Source: Spirochaetota bacterium (lineage in GTDB: Bacteria; Spirochaetota; UBA4802; UBA5550). From it: a DNA stretch of 64,000 nucleotides. The notes below the pieces were generated by a model. That model saw only the letters and a list, made by a program, of their open reading frames with translations. It was not told where the DNA came from and ran no database searches. Of the stretch, positions 20,150 through 29,586 are shown piece after piece. Numbering within the stretch: the first letter of the stretch is position 1; every line of letters starts with the position of its first letter. The DNA lies in contig OY760686.1 in assembly GCA_963663865.1 (NCBI GenBank), positions 2,016,001 through 2,080,000 of the forward strand, written 5' to 3'. The translations under genes were made by a program, and so were the position numbers.

Positions 20150-21847
20150 TTGAATATGCCGACAAACAGCAACATAGAAACAGTACTGGTACAGCAGAAG
20201 GTAATAACACAGGACCAACTGCAGGAGATTCTGCTGTCAAAAAATCCCAACCAGAAAACCTCAGAGGTTCTTCTAAGAAAAGGCCTTATCACCGAGAAGA
20301 ACCTCGTAGAGGCTATGGCAGTCCATTACGGTATGGATCACTCTTTCCATCTCGAATTCAGCGACAATGAAGGGCTTTTTTCATCCATACCTACCAGCTT
20401 TCTTCTCAAAAACAGGCTTGTCCCTTACAAGGTCAAAAAAAATAATGTCTATGTTGCACTGTCTGATCCTCTAAACATACAGCCTCTTGACGACCTTCAA
20501 ATGCTGTTACCTGATCACAATCTCATTCCGGTTCTGACTACAGGGGAAGAGATACAGAGAGTTGTTCATACCAACTATGAATCTTTAAAGTCAGAAACCA
20601 CCAATGATGTCATAGAAGACCTTGAAGAGTCGGAGTTCGAGATTCTTTCTTCTCAGATGTCTGAAACAACAGACATAATGGACATGGCCAATGACGCTCC
20701 GATTATCAGGCTGGTTAACACAATTATAAAGCAGGCAGTAAATGACAGAGCGAGTGATATTCATATAGAGCCCTATGAAAAAGACCTGGCTGTTCGTTTT
20801 CGTATTGACGGAATTCTGTATCAGTTATTTTCGCCGCCCAAGAAATACCAGAGCGCTATAATCTCCCGTATAAAAATAATGTCCAATCTGAACATCGCTG
20901 AAAACAGGCTCCCTCAGGATGGAAGGATTCAGCTGAAAATTGGCGGCAAGGACATCGATATAAGGGTATCAATCTTCCCAACTCATTACGGCGAACGTGT
21001 TGTAATGAGGCTTCTGAACAAAACTGACATGTCATTTGACCTTGATTCAATAGGATTCAGTCCTGAAAACCTCAAGACTTTCAACTCACTCATACAGAAG
21101 AGCCATGGAATAATACTTGTAACAGGTCCCACAGGAAGCGGTAAAAGTACCACTCTGTACAGCGTGCTTGTCAGGCTAAACTCCAGGGATGTAAACATAC
21201 TCACCGTGGAAGATCCTATTGAATATCAGCTGCACGGTATCGGGCAGATGCAGGTAAAACCCAAGATAGACCTTACCTTCGCCAGCGGACTCCGCTCCAT
21301 ACTAAGGCAGGACCCGGATATCGTTATGATTGGAGAGATCCGTGACGTTGAAACAGCACAGATAGCTGTTCAGGCATCTCTGACCGGCCACAGGGTGTTC
21401 TCAACCCTTCACACAAATGACGCCGCGAGCGGCATTACACGATTGATTGACATGGGTATTGAGCCTTTTCTGATCGCTTCGTCAGTTAACGCATTCCTTG
21501 CACAGAGGCTTGTAAGAAGGATATGTCCACACTGCATTGAGTCATATAAGCCTTCCCCTAAACTCCTTTCCGAGCTAAACCTTAAGCCCGGATCACTTAA
21601 AAATGGCAAACTTTACCGGGGTAAAGGCTGCGATCACTGTCTCGGAACAGGATTCACTGGAAGAACGGGAATCTATGAGCTTCTTCCGGTAACACAGGAG
21701 ATTAGAAAACTAATACTTCAGCACGCGGATGCGGCTTCTATCAAGGACAGGGCTGTTCAGGAAGGTATGAAGACTCTGTTGATGGACGGGCTTGACAAGG
21801 CAATTAACGGCCATACAACAGTTGAAGAGGTGCTCAGGGTAAGCTGA
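20150..21847 (+). CDS. gspE: Type II secretion ATPase E
   Basis: ASDIHIEP, RLPQDGR, GPTGSGKST, LRQDPD, two CxxC motifs. Confidence 0.95.
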   Translation: MNMPTNSNIETVLVQQKVITQDQLQEILLSKNPNQKTSEVLLRKGLITEKNLVEAMAVHYGMDHSFHLEFSDNEGLFSSIPTSFLLKNRLVPYKVKKNNVYVALSDPLNIQPLDDLQMLLPDHNLIPVLTTGEEIQRVVHTNYESLKSETTNDVIEDLEESEFEILSSQMSETTDIMDMANDAPIIRLVNTIIKQAVNDRASDIHIEPYEKDLAVRFRIDGILYQLFSPPKKYQSAIISRIKIMSNLNIAENRLPQDGRIQLKIGGKDIDIRVSIFPTHYGERVVMRLLNKTDMSFDLDSIGFSPENLKTFNSLIQKSHGIILVTGPTGSGKSTTLYSVLVRLNSRDVNILTVEDPIEYQLHGIGQMQVKPKIDLTFASGLRSILRQDPDIVMIGEIRDVETAQIAVQASLTGHRVFSTLHTNDAASGITRLIDMGIEPFLIASSVNAFLAQRLVRRICPHCIESYKPSPKLLSELNLKPGSLKNGKLYRGKGCDHCLGTGFTGRTGIYELLPVTQEIRKLILQHADAASIKDRAVQEGMKTLLMDGLDKAINGHTTVEEVLRVS

Positions 21848-23094
21848 TGATCTACATATTCGAAGCATTGAACAGCAAGGGCGAAACTGTTACAGATACA
21901 GTTGACGCTTCCTCCGAAGGCACAGCGAGGACTAAGATACGCGGACTCGGCCTTTACCCGGTAAGCATAAGAAAGGAAGAGGTATCAACAAACGGGAAAT
22001 CTTCATCTTCCGTCGGTTTGAAAGGCATAGCAGCCAGGATAACCGATACGATCAGTGTGAAATTCAGTTCAAAACATGTCGGAATGTTTTCAAGACAGCT
22101 GGCTACCCTGCTCAAAGCCGGCATGCCGCTGCTTACGGCAATAACCGACATAATTGAACAGATTGAAAACAAGCACTTCAAAAGGGTTGCCTCAGATCTA
22201 AAGGACAAACTCGAAGAAGGTTCTACATTTTCAGCGGCCCTGTCGCGTCACAGAGGAATTTTTTCCGACATGTATATCAACATGGTGAGGGTTGGCGAAA
22301 ATCTCGGATCTCTTGACCATGTAATTGAACGTCTTGCCGAGATGGAAGAAAAGAACACAGCGTTAAAGGGGAAGGTGCAGTCAGCTCTATACTACCCTGC
22401 ATTCATGTTCGTCTTTGCAATAGCAGTTGTAACCTTTCTTCTTGTAAGTGTTATTCCAGCAATAGCAGAAATGTTCGCTGACCAAAAAAAAGACCTTCCC
22501 CTTCCGACTGAAATCATAATCGGACTGAGCAATTTTTTAGCAGACTACTGGTTCATTATACCGGTTGCCATATTCCTTATATACTACTACTTCAATAAAT
22601 ATAAAAAAACCGATCAGGGCAGAAGAAAAATTGATGAGCTCAAAATGCGCCTTCCCCTCGTAAAGAATCTTTATAAAAAGCTGGTTGTTTTAAGATTCAC
22701 GCAAAACCTTGGAATACTGCTTAACAACCGGGTTGACTTAATAAAGTCCTTCGAAATAGTACAAAAGATCGTAACGAACGTGATAATAGAAGAAAAGATT
22801 GTTGAGGCAACAAAAATGATCAAGGAAGGCTCACCAGTCTCGAGAGCTCTTTCCAAGTCTGACTTCCTCCCAAAGCTGGTTCTTGGAATGATTTCCGCGG
22901 GAGAAGCAAGTGACAATCTTGACAACATGCTTGTTAACATCGGAAAGGTTTACGAAACCGAGATTGACCAGACAGTAACAAGCCTTACCAGCCTCATTGA
23001 ACCTTTAATAATTATATTTATGGGCTTTATGATCGGTATGATTGTTCTGGCGGTAATGCTTCCAATGATGGAGATGAACCTTCTTGTACAATAA
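21847..23094 (+). CDS. gspF: Type II secretion platform protein F
   Basis: RQLATLLKAGMPL, GE..G.L, EPLII; 3 TMs. Confidence 0.95.
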   Translation: MIYIFEALNSKGETVTDTVDASSEGTARTKIRGLGLYPVSIRKEEVSTNGKSSSSVGLKGIAARITDTISVKFSSKHVGMFSRQLATLLKAGMPLLTAITDIIEQIENKHFKRVASDLKDKLEEGSTFSAALSRHRGIFSDMYINMVRVGENLGSLDHVIERLAEMEEKNTALKGKVQSALYYPAFMFVFAIAVVTFLLVSVIPAIAEMFADQKKDLPLPTEIIIGLSNFLADYWFIIPVAIFLIYYYFNKYKKTDQGRRKIDELKMRLPLVKNLYKKLVVLRFTQNLGILLNNRVDLIKSFEIVQKIVTNVIIEEKIVEATKMIKEGSPVSRALSKSDFLPKLVLGMISAGEASDNLDNMLVNIGKVYETEIDQTVTSLTSLIEPLIIIFMGFMIGMIVLAVMLPMMEMNLLVQ

Positions 23095-23173
23095 AAAAAA
23101 TGCTGTTACCCGCTCTTCATGCAAAAACATGACGGCGGTTCTCAATAATAATATAAATACAGGAGGATAGTAT

Positions 23174-23602
23174 ATGAAATCACAAATTATCAAAAAAGCC
23201 GGCAGAATATTCAAACACTTACGAAAAAATGACGGTATGACCCTTATTGAAATAATGATAGTAGTAGCCATCATCGGTATTCTATCGGCAATTGTCGGCC
23301 CCGCTCTTTTTAACAACATAAAAAAAGCGGATGTTACGAGCGCTAAAAATCAGATAAAAAACTTTGAAACAGCGCTTGAGATGTTCAATCTTGAAAACAA
23401 ATCGTATCCTACAACCGACGAAGGATTAAAAGCCCTTGTCGAGGGAGGATACATCAAAAAAATTCCCCAGGATCCCTGGAAACATGATTATGTCTACATA
23501 TCTCCCGGAGAAGAAGGCCGCGAATATGAAATAATAAGTCTCGGAGAAGACGGCAAGGACGGTGGTGAAGGTTTCGCTGCCGATATTAAAAGCTGGGAAT
23601 AG
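23174..23602 (+). CDS. gspG: Type II secretion major pseudopilin G
   Basis: G|MTLIEIMIVV prepilin site, YPTT.EGL.AL, DPW..Y.Y.SPG, G.DG..GG; strong SD AGGAGGA. Confidence 0.95.
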   Translation: MKSQIIKKAGRIFKHLRKNDGMTLIEIMIVVAIIGILSAIVGPALFNNIKKADVTSAKNQIKNFETALEMFNLENKSYPTTDEGLKALVEGGYIKKIPQDPWKHDYVYISPGEEGREYEIISLGEDGKDGGEGFAADIKSWE

Positions 23603-23629
23603 TCATCTTTCAGGCTGATAAGGCGGGGC

Positions 23630-24205
23630 ATGCTTACTTTGTTAAAAAAAAATGACGGTTTTACTCTGATAGAGATAATGGTTGTAATAGCACTTTTATC
23701 AATGCTGACAGCCGTCGCCCTGCCGAGAGCTACAAATTTTTTTAGATCGAATAAGGAATCCTTCGCCATAATGACTGGAGTTATGGCGAAAACCTTTGAC
23801 GATTCCTATTTAAAAAACCGTACTAACTACGTTGCTGTACACATGTTTCAGCCGGATCCGGGAGTAAAGGAAATCACTGACAAAGAAAAACGCGAGCTAT
23901 TTGACAAAAGCAATGGAATATCCGTATTGCTGCTACATAATGGAGAATTTGTTCCTAATGAACGCAAGATACTTTCTTTTAGAGATTTTCCTTCATCTTT
24001 TGTAATTGAAAGGGTTATCCTCCCGGGGGGCAAGACGATTGAAAGCGGGACTGCATTAATACCGTACTATCCAGATGGTTCATCATCAGATGCAATAGTA
24101 CATGTAACAGTCGATAATGAAAAGCGCTGGTCAATTCAAATCAACAAGTTTATGAAGGAACCGGCTGTAATAAAAGATCACATTACTTACAGTGAAGGGC
24201 CATGA
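23630..24205 (+). CDS. gspH: Minor pseudopilin H
   Basis: G|FTLIEIMVV; position after gspG. Confidence 0.75.
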   Translation: MLTLLKKNDGFTLIEIMVVIALLSMLTAVALPRATNFFRSNKESFAIMTGVMAKTFDDSYLKNRTNYVAVHMFQPDPGVKEITDKEKRELFDKSNGISVLLLHNGEFVPNERKILSFRDFPSSFVIERVILPGGKTIESGTALIPYYPDGSSSDAIVHVTVDNEKRWSIQINKFMKEPAVIKDHITYSEGP

Positions 24206-24597
24206 ACAATAATTGCGTGCTAAAGCATAATGTAAAAGGCTTCGCGCTCATTGAGGTTCTGATAGCAGCGGGTGTACTTTCAATTATTTTGCTGAGTATT
24301 TATTCAGGGATTTCAACCAGCATGAAAGTCATTTCAGGGGCGAGAAACAGAACTTACGCGGTAATAATTGCAAGAAGTGTTCTCAATGAGTTTCGTTATG
24401 ACAAGATGCGTGGCATGGACCTTAGCGAGGTACCTGCTGATGATTACCCTGGCTTCACCTATTCAAGGGTTACTGTGCGCTATGAAAACCCTCTTACCGG
24501 CGCTCTTCCTGCAAATAAGACAACCATTACTGTTACCTGGAAGGATAACACCCGGGATAAAAACTATACTCTTTCATATATTTATCCAACGTTCTAA
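24202..24597 (+). CDS. gspI: Minor pseudopilin I
   Basis: G|FALIEVLIA; size and operon position. Confidence 0.75.
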   Translation: MNNNCVLKHNVKGFALIEVLIAAGVLSIILLSIYSGISTSMKVISGARNRTYAVIIARSVLNEFRYDKMRGMDLSEVPADDYPGFTYSRVTVRYENPLTGALPANKTTITVTWKDNTRDKNYTLSYIYPTF

Positions 24598-25245
24598 ATG
24601 AAAAATTCACTGATAAAAAACAAATCCGGTTTTTCCCTTATTGAGGTACTCGTGGCAAGCGCGATCTCTTCAATGATACTACTGATGGTTTACACATCAT
24701 ACACAACCATCATTAAGACAATTTCCGGGATGAGCGGATATAGCGAATTCTATCAAAATGTAAATCTTACTCTTGCCCGAATCAATAAGGACATTTCAAA
24801 TATTTTCTACAGAACGGACAAAGACTATACGCCGCTTGTATCTACCGGGACAAATGAAAATCTCACATTCAGTTTTCTCACGGTCAATAAAAGAGATTAT
24901 AATATTCTGGGCAGCATTAAAAGTCAGAATCCGGCAACCGACATATCCGAAGTTCGCTACAGTCTGGCAAAAGACCCCGTAATAAGCGATCTGTATATCC
25001 TCACACGGACTGAAAATATTGATTATATCGAAAACCCGATGGAGGGCGGAGCTGAAAGCGTCGTTATAAACAACGTTATCAGTCTAAAGTTTGAATTTAG
25101 GACAGGAAACGACTGGGAGGACAGCTGGGATTCCAGAGAAACCAAACGTTATCCTTCAGAGATTAGAACAACACTCAGGCTCAGAGACTATAAGGGAAAC
25201 CCTGAAGAATTTAAGGTCATTTCATATATTGATATCAACGGTTAA
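24598..25245 (+). CDS. gspJ: Minor pseudopilin J
   Basis: G|FSLIEVLVA, C-terminal W.DSWDS....YP. Confidence 0.8.
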   Translation: MKNSLIKNKSGFSLIEVLVASAISSMILLMVYTSYTTIIKTISGMSGYSEFYQNVNLTLARINKDISNIFYRTDKDYTPLVSTGTNENLTFSFLTVNKRDYNILGSIKSQNPATDISEVRYSLAKDPVISDLYILTRTENIDYIENPMEGGAESVVINNVISLKFEFRTGNDWEDSWDSRETKRYPSEIRTTLRLRDYKGNPEEFKVISYIDING

Positions 25246-25246
25246 A

Positions 25247-26458
25247 ATGAAGAAGATTAACTGTATAATAAACGCTATAATATCTGACTACAGAAAAAGA
25301 GCAGAGTCAATCAACCAGGAGGGCATTTTCAGCCGAAACAGCCCCAGAGGAGGCTATGTGCTCATCCTGGTTCTTATCATGACTACACTTCTTGTATCCC
25401 TGACAGGTGAATTCATAGTAGATTCACAAACAACTATATCATATATGAAGAAATTTGACTCAAAGGTCAAAGCCGAGTTTCTTTCCAAGTCAGGAATCCA
25501 CATTTCAAAATATATTCTCAAAGCTGACAAACAGGGAATAACGGGGATGGTAACCGGCAAGGATGTTGACAAGAAAATAGATTCGTACAAGGATTTGTGG
25601 GCAATGGACTTCCCGCCCCTGCCCTTCGATGACGGAACAATACAGATATCCATTTCTGATGAAAACGCAAAAATCAATCTCAACGCTTTCGCAAATGACT
25701 TCACCGAGCTTACCAGGTATTACTATATGGCTCAGATATTTTTCATAAGCATGGGCCTGTTGCCTGATTTTGCCGATCTGATTCACGACTGGGTTGATAT
25801 TGATAACACAAGAATGCCTTACGGAGCAGAAACTCCTGACACCTACTCGTCAAAAATCCCTCCATACTCTGCAAAAAACGGTGAAATGGACACGGTCGAT
25901 GAGATGCTGATGATTCACGGGATTACTCCGGAAATATATTACGGTCTGGGCCAGGGAAACACCGGTCTTGAAACCAAACTTGTAGATCACAACAGAGGTC
26001 AGGTTGAATTTAGCCTGGACATGGCCTCTCATAACAACGATACAGACAGCCCATCACGTGATGAAGAAAAAACACGACAGATCGGCAGGGAGAAAAGCCG
26101 CAGGTTGTCAGACTATTTCAGGGTCTATGGAGAACGGGACAATTTCCTTCATGATTATAACAAAATAAATATTAACACAGCATCTTACCGAGTAATATCA
26201 GCATTGACAGAAAATATGACAGATGCTACAGTGACAGAGATAATCAACAGGCGTCTTGCGGAACCATTTAAATCTGTTGATGAGATTCAGGATTTATTCA
26301 CCGACTCGGAAGAATTTGCCACCTTAAAAAAATATATTACTGTGAAATCCTACATTTTCAAAATTACATCAACAGCTACAGTGGATGATGTAACAGCGCA
26401 GATAACAGCATATTATAACCGCGACCAGGAGAGATTTCTCTACTGGAGTCAGGAGTAA
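25247..26458 (+). CDS. gspK: Minor pseudopilin K
   Basis: Likely ATG 25247; G|YVLILVL (no Glu5), DENAKINLN, DWVD.D, GAE, KININTAS. Confidence 0.85.
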   Translation: MKKINCIINAIISDYRKRAESINQEGIFSRNSPRGGYVLILVLIMTTLLVSLTGEFIVDSQTTISYMKKFDSKVKAEFLSKSGIHISKYILKADKQGITGMVTGKDVDKKIDSYKDLWAMDFPPLPFDDGTIQISISDENAKINLNAFANDFTELTRYYYMAQIFFISMGLLPDFADLIHDWVDIDNTRMPYGAETPDTYSSKIPPYSAKNGEMDTVDEMLMIHGITPEIYYGLGQGNTGLETKLVDHNRGQVEFSLDMASHNNDTDSPSRDEEKTRQIGREKSRRLSDYFRVYGERDNFLHDYNKININTASYRVISALTENMTDATVTEIINRRLAEPFKSVDEIQDLFTDSEEFATLKKYITVKSYIFKITSTATVDDVTAQITAYYNRDQERFLYWSQE

Positions 26459-26474
26459 TCGGGGGTAGCAGGCA

Positions 26475-28079
26475 TTGTTTGAGAATATAGCAACAATCGA
26501 CATTGGAAGCAGCTCAGTTAAGCTCATTAAAATAAAGACAGGTTTAAAGAACTTCCAGATTAAATCGTTCTCCTTAGAAGAGATTGATCAAAACGAAACC
26601 GATCATGAAGCCGCGGTAAAAGCTGCACTCTCAAGACTTCTCGCAGAGGACGACCTTAAAGGGTGTACGATAATATGCGGTTTCCCATTGGAAAAAACTA
26701 TTATTCGAAATCTATCGTTCCCATTCGATGATATCGACAAAATCACAAAGGCAGTTCCATTTGAAGCAGAAGAGACTATTCCTTTCCCCCTTGATGAATT
26801 ATGTATGGACTTCCAGCCAATTGACAGTACCGGAACCGGCGAAGGTAAAATTATCCTTGCTGCCGCCCGCCGGGAAAGTGTCAGATCAACTATCAGCCTG
26901 CTTTCTGAATACTCACTTGCTCCTGAAGTCATAAGCCTTGAGAGCAATGCCCTTGCCGAGTGCTACAGGTATTACAATACAGTACAGGAAGAAACAGTAC
27001 TTCAGATTGACATGGGCTACTCGAAAACTATAGTCAATATTCTAAAAAATGGTTCGCTTCAGTTCACGAGGTCCATTTCATCCGGCTTGTATGATATTTA
27101 TGACAGAATAGCCACACTACTTGATACAGACATTGCTGGTGCTGTCAGTATTTTTAACACCCTCAGAATTGACCTATCAGCTCCAGATAATTCCTTAAAA
27201 GACGAGCTTTACAAAACAGTAAAAATCAAAAAAAATCAGGCAAAGAAAATAACTGAAGAGTGCGGTTTCTTCATAAAAAAACTCTCCGACCAGATTCTGC
27301 TGACCTTACAAGCCTATGACAGCCAGTCAACCTTTGAAAATTATTCAAGAATACTTATTTCAGGCGGCGGGGCAAACATTAACGGCATAGGGAGTTCCCT
27401 TGCCAGGCAACTTGGCGGAATAGTAGTATCCATGCCGATGCCGGAGGAATTCAGAGAGCACGACATGCAGCATCAGTTTACTGTTGCTTTCGGCCAGTTC
27501 CTGGCTTACTCGGACAGACGCAGACAAAAGATTAATTTCCTTAAGGAAGCGTTTACAGGTGAAAAAGGCAAAAAATCGAGAAAAGCCTATTATCTTTCAG
27601 GTTTTTTCCTGATTCTCACTTTAATTACCCTCTTAATAAATATAGTATCATCCATTATAATCACCTCAATATCAAACTCAGAAATTGATGAGACGATACA
27701 ATCTCAGTACAAAAAATTATTCAAGGTCAATTCAGCCGTTGAATCTCCACTGGATGAAGCAAGGAAAAAACTAAAGTCATCCCGGAAGGAAATTGAGACG
27801 ATATCCTCTTTAGTTCCGCTTGATGAACGGCTTATTTCAATAATTCACAAAATAACATCATCTCTAAAGAATGACGGGTCATTCGAAGTGACCAACATGG
27901 TGTATAACGAACGTATAATGAGAATTGACGGAAAGGTATCAAGTGCATCAATAATTGATCAAATGCGCAATCAGTTGCAGAAAGACCAGGCTTTTGAATC
28001 AGTTCAGGCGGATATCAAGTCGTCCGGCAAAACTGAGGTGATTTTTACACTTACCATTCAGCAAAAAAAGCGTAAATAA
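26475..28079 (+). CDS. gspL: GspL-like protein with PilM/actin-like cytoplasmic domain
   Basis: IDIGSSSVK, IDMG, SGGGA actin-fold motifs, then a TM and periplasmic domain. Confidence 0.75.
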   Translation: MFENIATIDIGSSSVKLIKIKTGLKNFQIKSFSLEEIDQNETDHEAAVKAALSRLLAEDDLKGCTIICGFPLEKTIIRNLSFPFDDIDKITKAVPFEAEETIPFPLDELCMDFQPIDSTGTGEGKIILAAARRESVRSTISLLSEYSLAPEVISLESNALAECYRYYNTVQEETVLQIDMGYSKTIVNILKNGSLQFTRSISSGLYDIYDRIATLLDTDIAGAVSIFNTLRIDLSAPDNSLKDELYKTVKIKKNQAKKITEECGFFIKKLSDQILLTLQAYDSQSTFENYSRILISGGGANINGIGSSLARQLGGIVVSMPMPEEFREHDMQHQFTVAFGQFLAYSDRRRQKINFLKEAFTGEKGKKSRKAYYLSGFFLILTLITLLINIVSSIIITSISNSEIDETIQSQYKKLFKVNSAVESPLDEARKKLKSSRKEIETISSLVPLDERLISIIHKITSSLKNDGSFEVTNMVYNERIMRIDGKVSSASIIDQMRNQLQKDQAFESVQADIKSSGKTEVIFTLTIQQKKRK

Positions 28080-28094
28080 CGGCGGTTATCAGGC

Positions 28095-28610
28095 ATGTTA
28101 AATCTATCAAAACGTGAACTATTACTTTTAAAAGTCTTTGGTGCCCTTGCAGGCGCATTCGGTCTTTATTTTCTCATTATTTCGCCGGTGATTAATCTTA
28201 AAAGTAATATTGAAAACCAGTCAGAAAAAAATCGGGGGATGCTGGTTGAACTTCAATCAATTTACAATGAGTACACAGAAGTTCAAAGCACAAAAAAAAG
28301 ATATGAGCAGCTGTTAAAAAACAGCAAAAACATAGCGACATCAATTGAAAAAATTGCCTCCGATCTTAACATAAAAAACAACATGGCCCATAACCGTGAT
28401 AGCCAGTCCAAAGTGCAAAATAAATACACAAAGATTTCTTCTGATGTCAAGTTCGAAGGCATTGGTATGAAAGAAGCAATTGATTTTATTCACAAGATCG
28501 AATCATCTAACGCCCTTATCAATATCAGCTATCTGCGCATAAGCCAGGCTTTTAAAGAAAAAAGCACATATGATGTTACTCTAAAAATCGACACTTACAG
28601 AACAGAATAA
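28095..28610 (+). CDS. gspM: GspM-like protein
   Basis: LSKRE start, TM, coiled coil, small C-terminal domain; operon position. Confidence 0.75.
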   Translation: MLNLSKRELLLLKVFGALAGAFGLYFLIISPVINLKSNIENQSEKNRGMLVELQSIYNEYTEVQSTKKRYEQLLKNSKNIATSIEKIASDLNIKNNMAHNRDSQSKVQNKYTKISSDVKFEGIGMKEAIDFIHKIESSNALINISYLRISQAFKEKSTYDVTLKIDTYRTE

Positions 28611-29572
28611 TGGACATATACAAAATGAATATCAAACTTATATTAAATAGAATTCTTCATGGATTAAAAAAAACCCCCATCATTCTCAAGGCAATTTGGA
28701 AAACACCTTATTTTAAAGTGTATCTGCTGCTCTCGTTTCTTTTCACTTTTGTTTTTGTACTTCTGACATTCCCTCTCGATGTTATTGTTAAAAACGCTAT
28801 TCACAGCTATGAATCAAAATCTGGTAATACAGTCAGCATTGGCGATATGTCTATAAACCTCTTTTCAGAGTCAGAGCTGGAAAACATATCCGTATCAATT
28901 AAGGGGAGTGACACTGTCTTCATCAAATCCGCTATAATAAATATCTCCATGAATCCTTTGACTCTTCTCATAGACAGGGAGATAAAAGGCGATATTGGAG
29001 TCAGCGGGATAAAGCATACCGGCGACAACATTAAAATCGAGGCAGCAATAAACAGCAACCTTGATATCAAACTCAATGAAAAGACCGGTTCAATTGAAAC
29101 AGGTAAGATTAAAATGATGATTAACAATCTATCTGTTAGCCTAAATGAATTTTCCGTCCCTGAAGGTCCACTAAGCGGCTTTCCGATTACCAGAATTATA
29201 AGAATATCATCAATCATTTCAGAAATGAATATTTCCAACAAACAGCTTACCCTTTCCGAGAGTAAGATATCCGGATCGGATCTTAAAGCAGTTGTAAGCG
29301 GAACGGTTGGTATTGGAAAGGTAAGCAACCGCCTTGATCTGAAATTAAAAGTTGATGCATCTTCAACGCTGCTGGACGATTTCCGCATGTTTATCACCAC
29401 CATGGTAGATGCAAACAATCAAATTCCAATTGAGATTAAAGGAACAACAAGCAGACCAAAAGTCATTACACCAATGAATAAAAAGGATGAGGATAAAACA
29501 TCCGACTCAAGACCGGTTTCAAAATCAAAATCTAGACCAACACCGCCCGAGCAGTCGACGATGTTCAGATAG
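28610..29572 (+). CDS. gspN: GspN-like protein
   Basis: TM ending LTFP, beta-rich body, I.IKGT..RP at end; last gsp gene. Confidence 0.65.
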   Translation: MDIYKMNIKLILNRILHGLKKTPIILKAIWKTPYFKVYLLLSFLFTFVFVLLTFPLDVIVKNAIHSYESKSGNTVSIGDMSINLFSESELENISVSIKGSDTVFIKSAIINISMNPLTLLIDREIKGDIGVSGIKHTGDNIKIEAAINSNLDIKLNEKTGSIETGKIKMMINNLSVSLNEFSVPEGPLSGFPITRIIRISSIISEMNISNKQLTLSESKISGSDLKAVVSGTVGIGKVSNRLDLKLKVDASSTLLDDFRMFITTMVDANNQIPIEIKGTTSRPKVITPMNKKDEDKTSDSRPVSKSKSRPTPPEQSTMFR

Positions 29573-29586
29573 ATTTAAAAAATGCC

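Noticed and set aside
25091-25246. N-terminal extensions given by the ORF track (gspK here; likewise M23, argS, folC, pepA, hisI, mgtE)
   Set aside because: They overlap upstream genes or promoters; downstream starts fit SD position, gene spacing or family N-termini better
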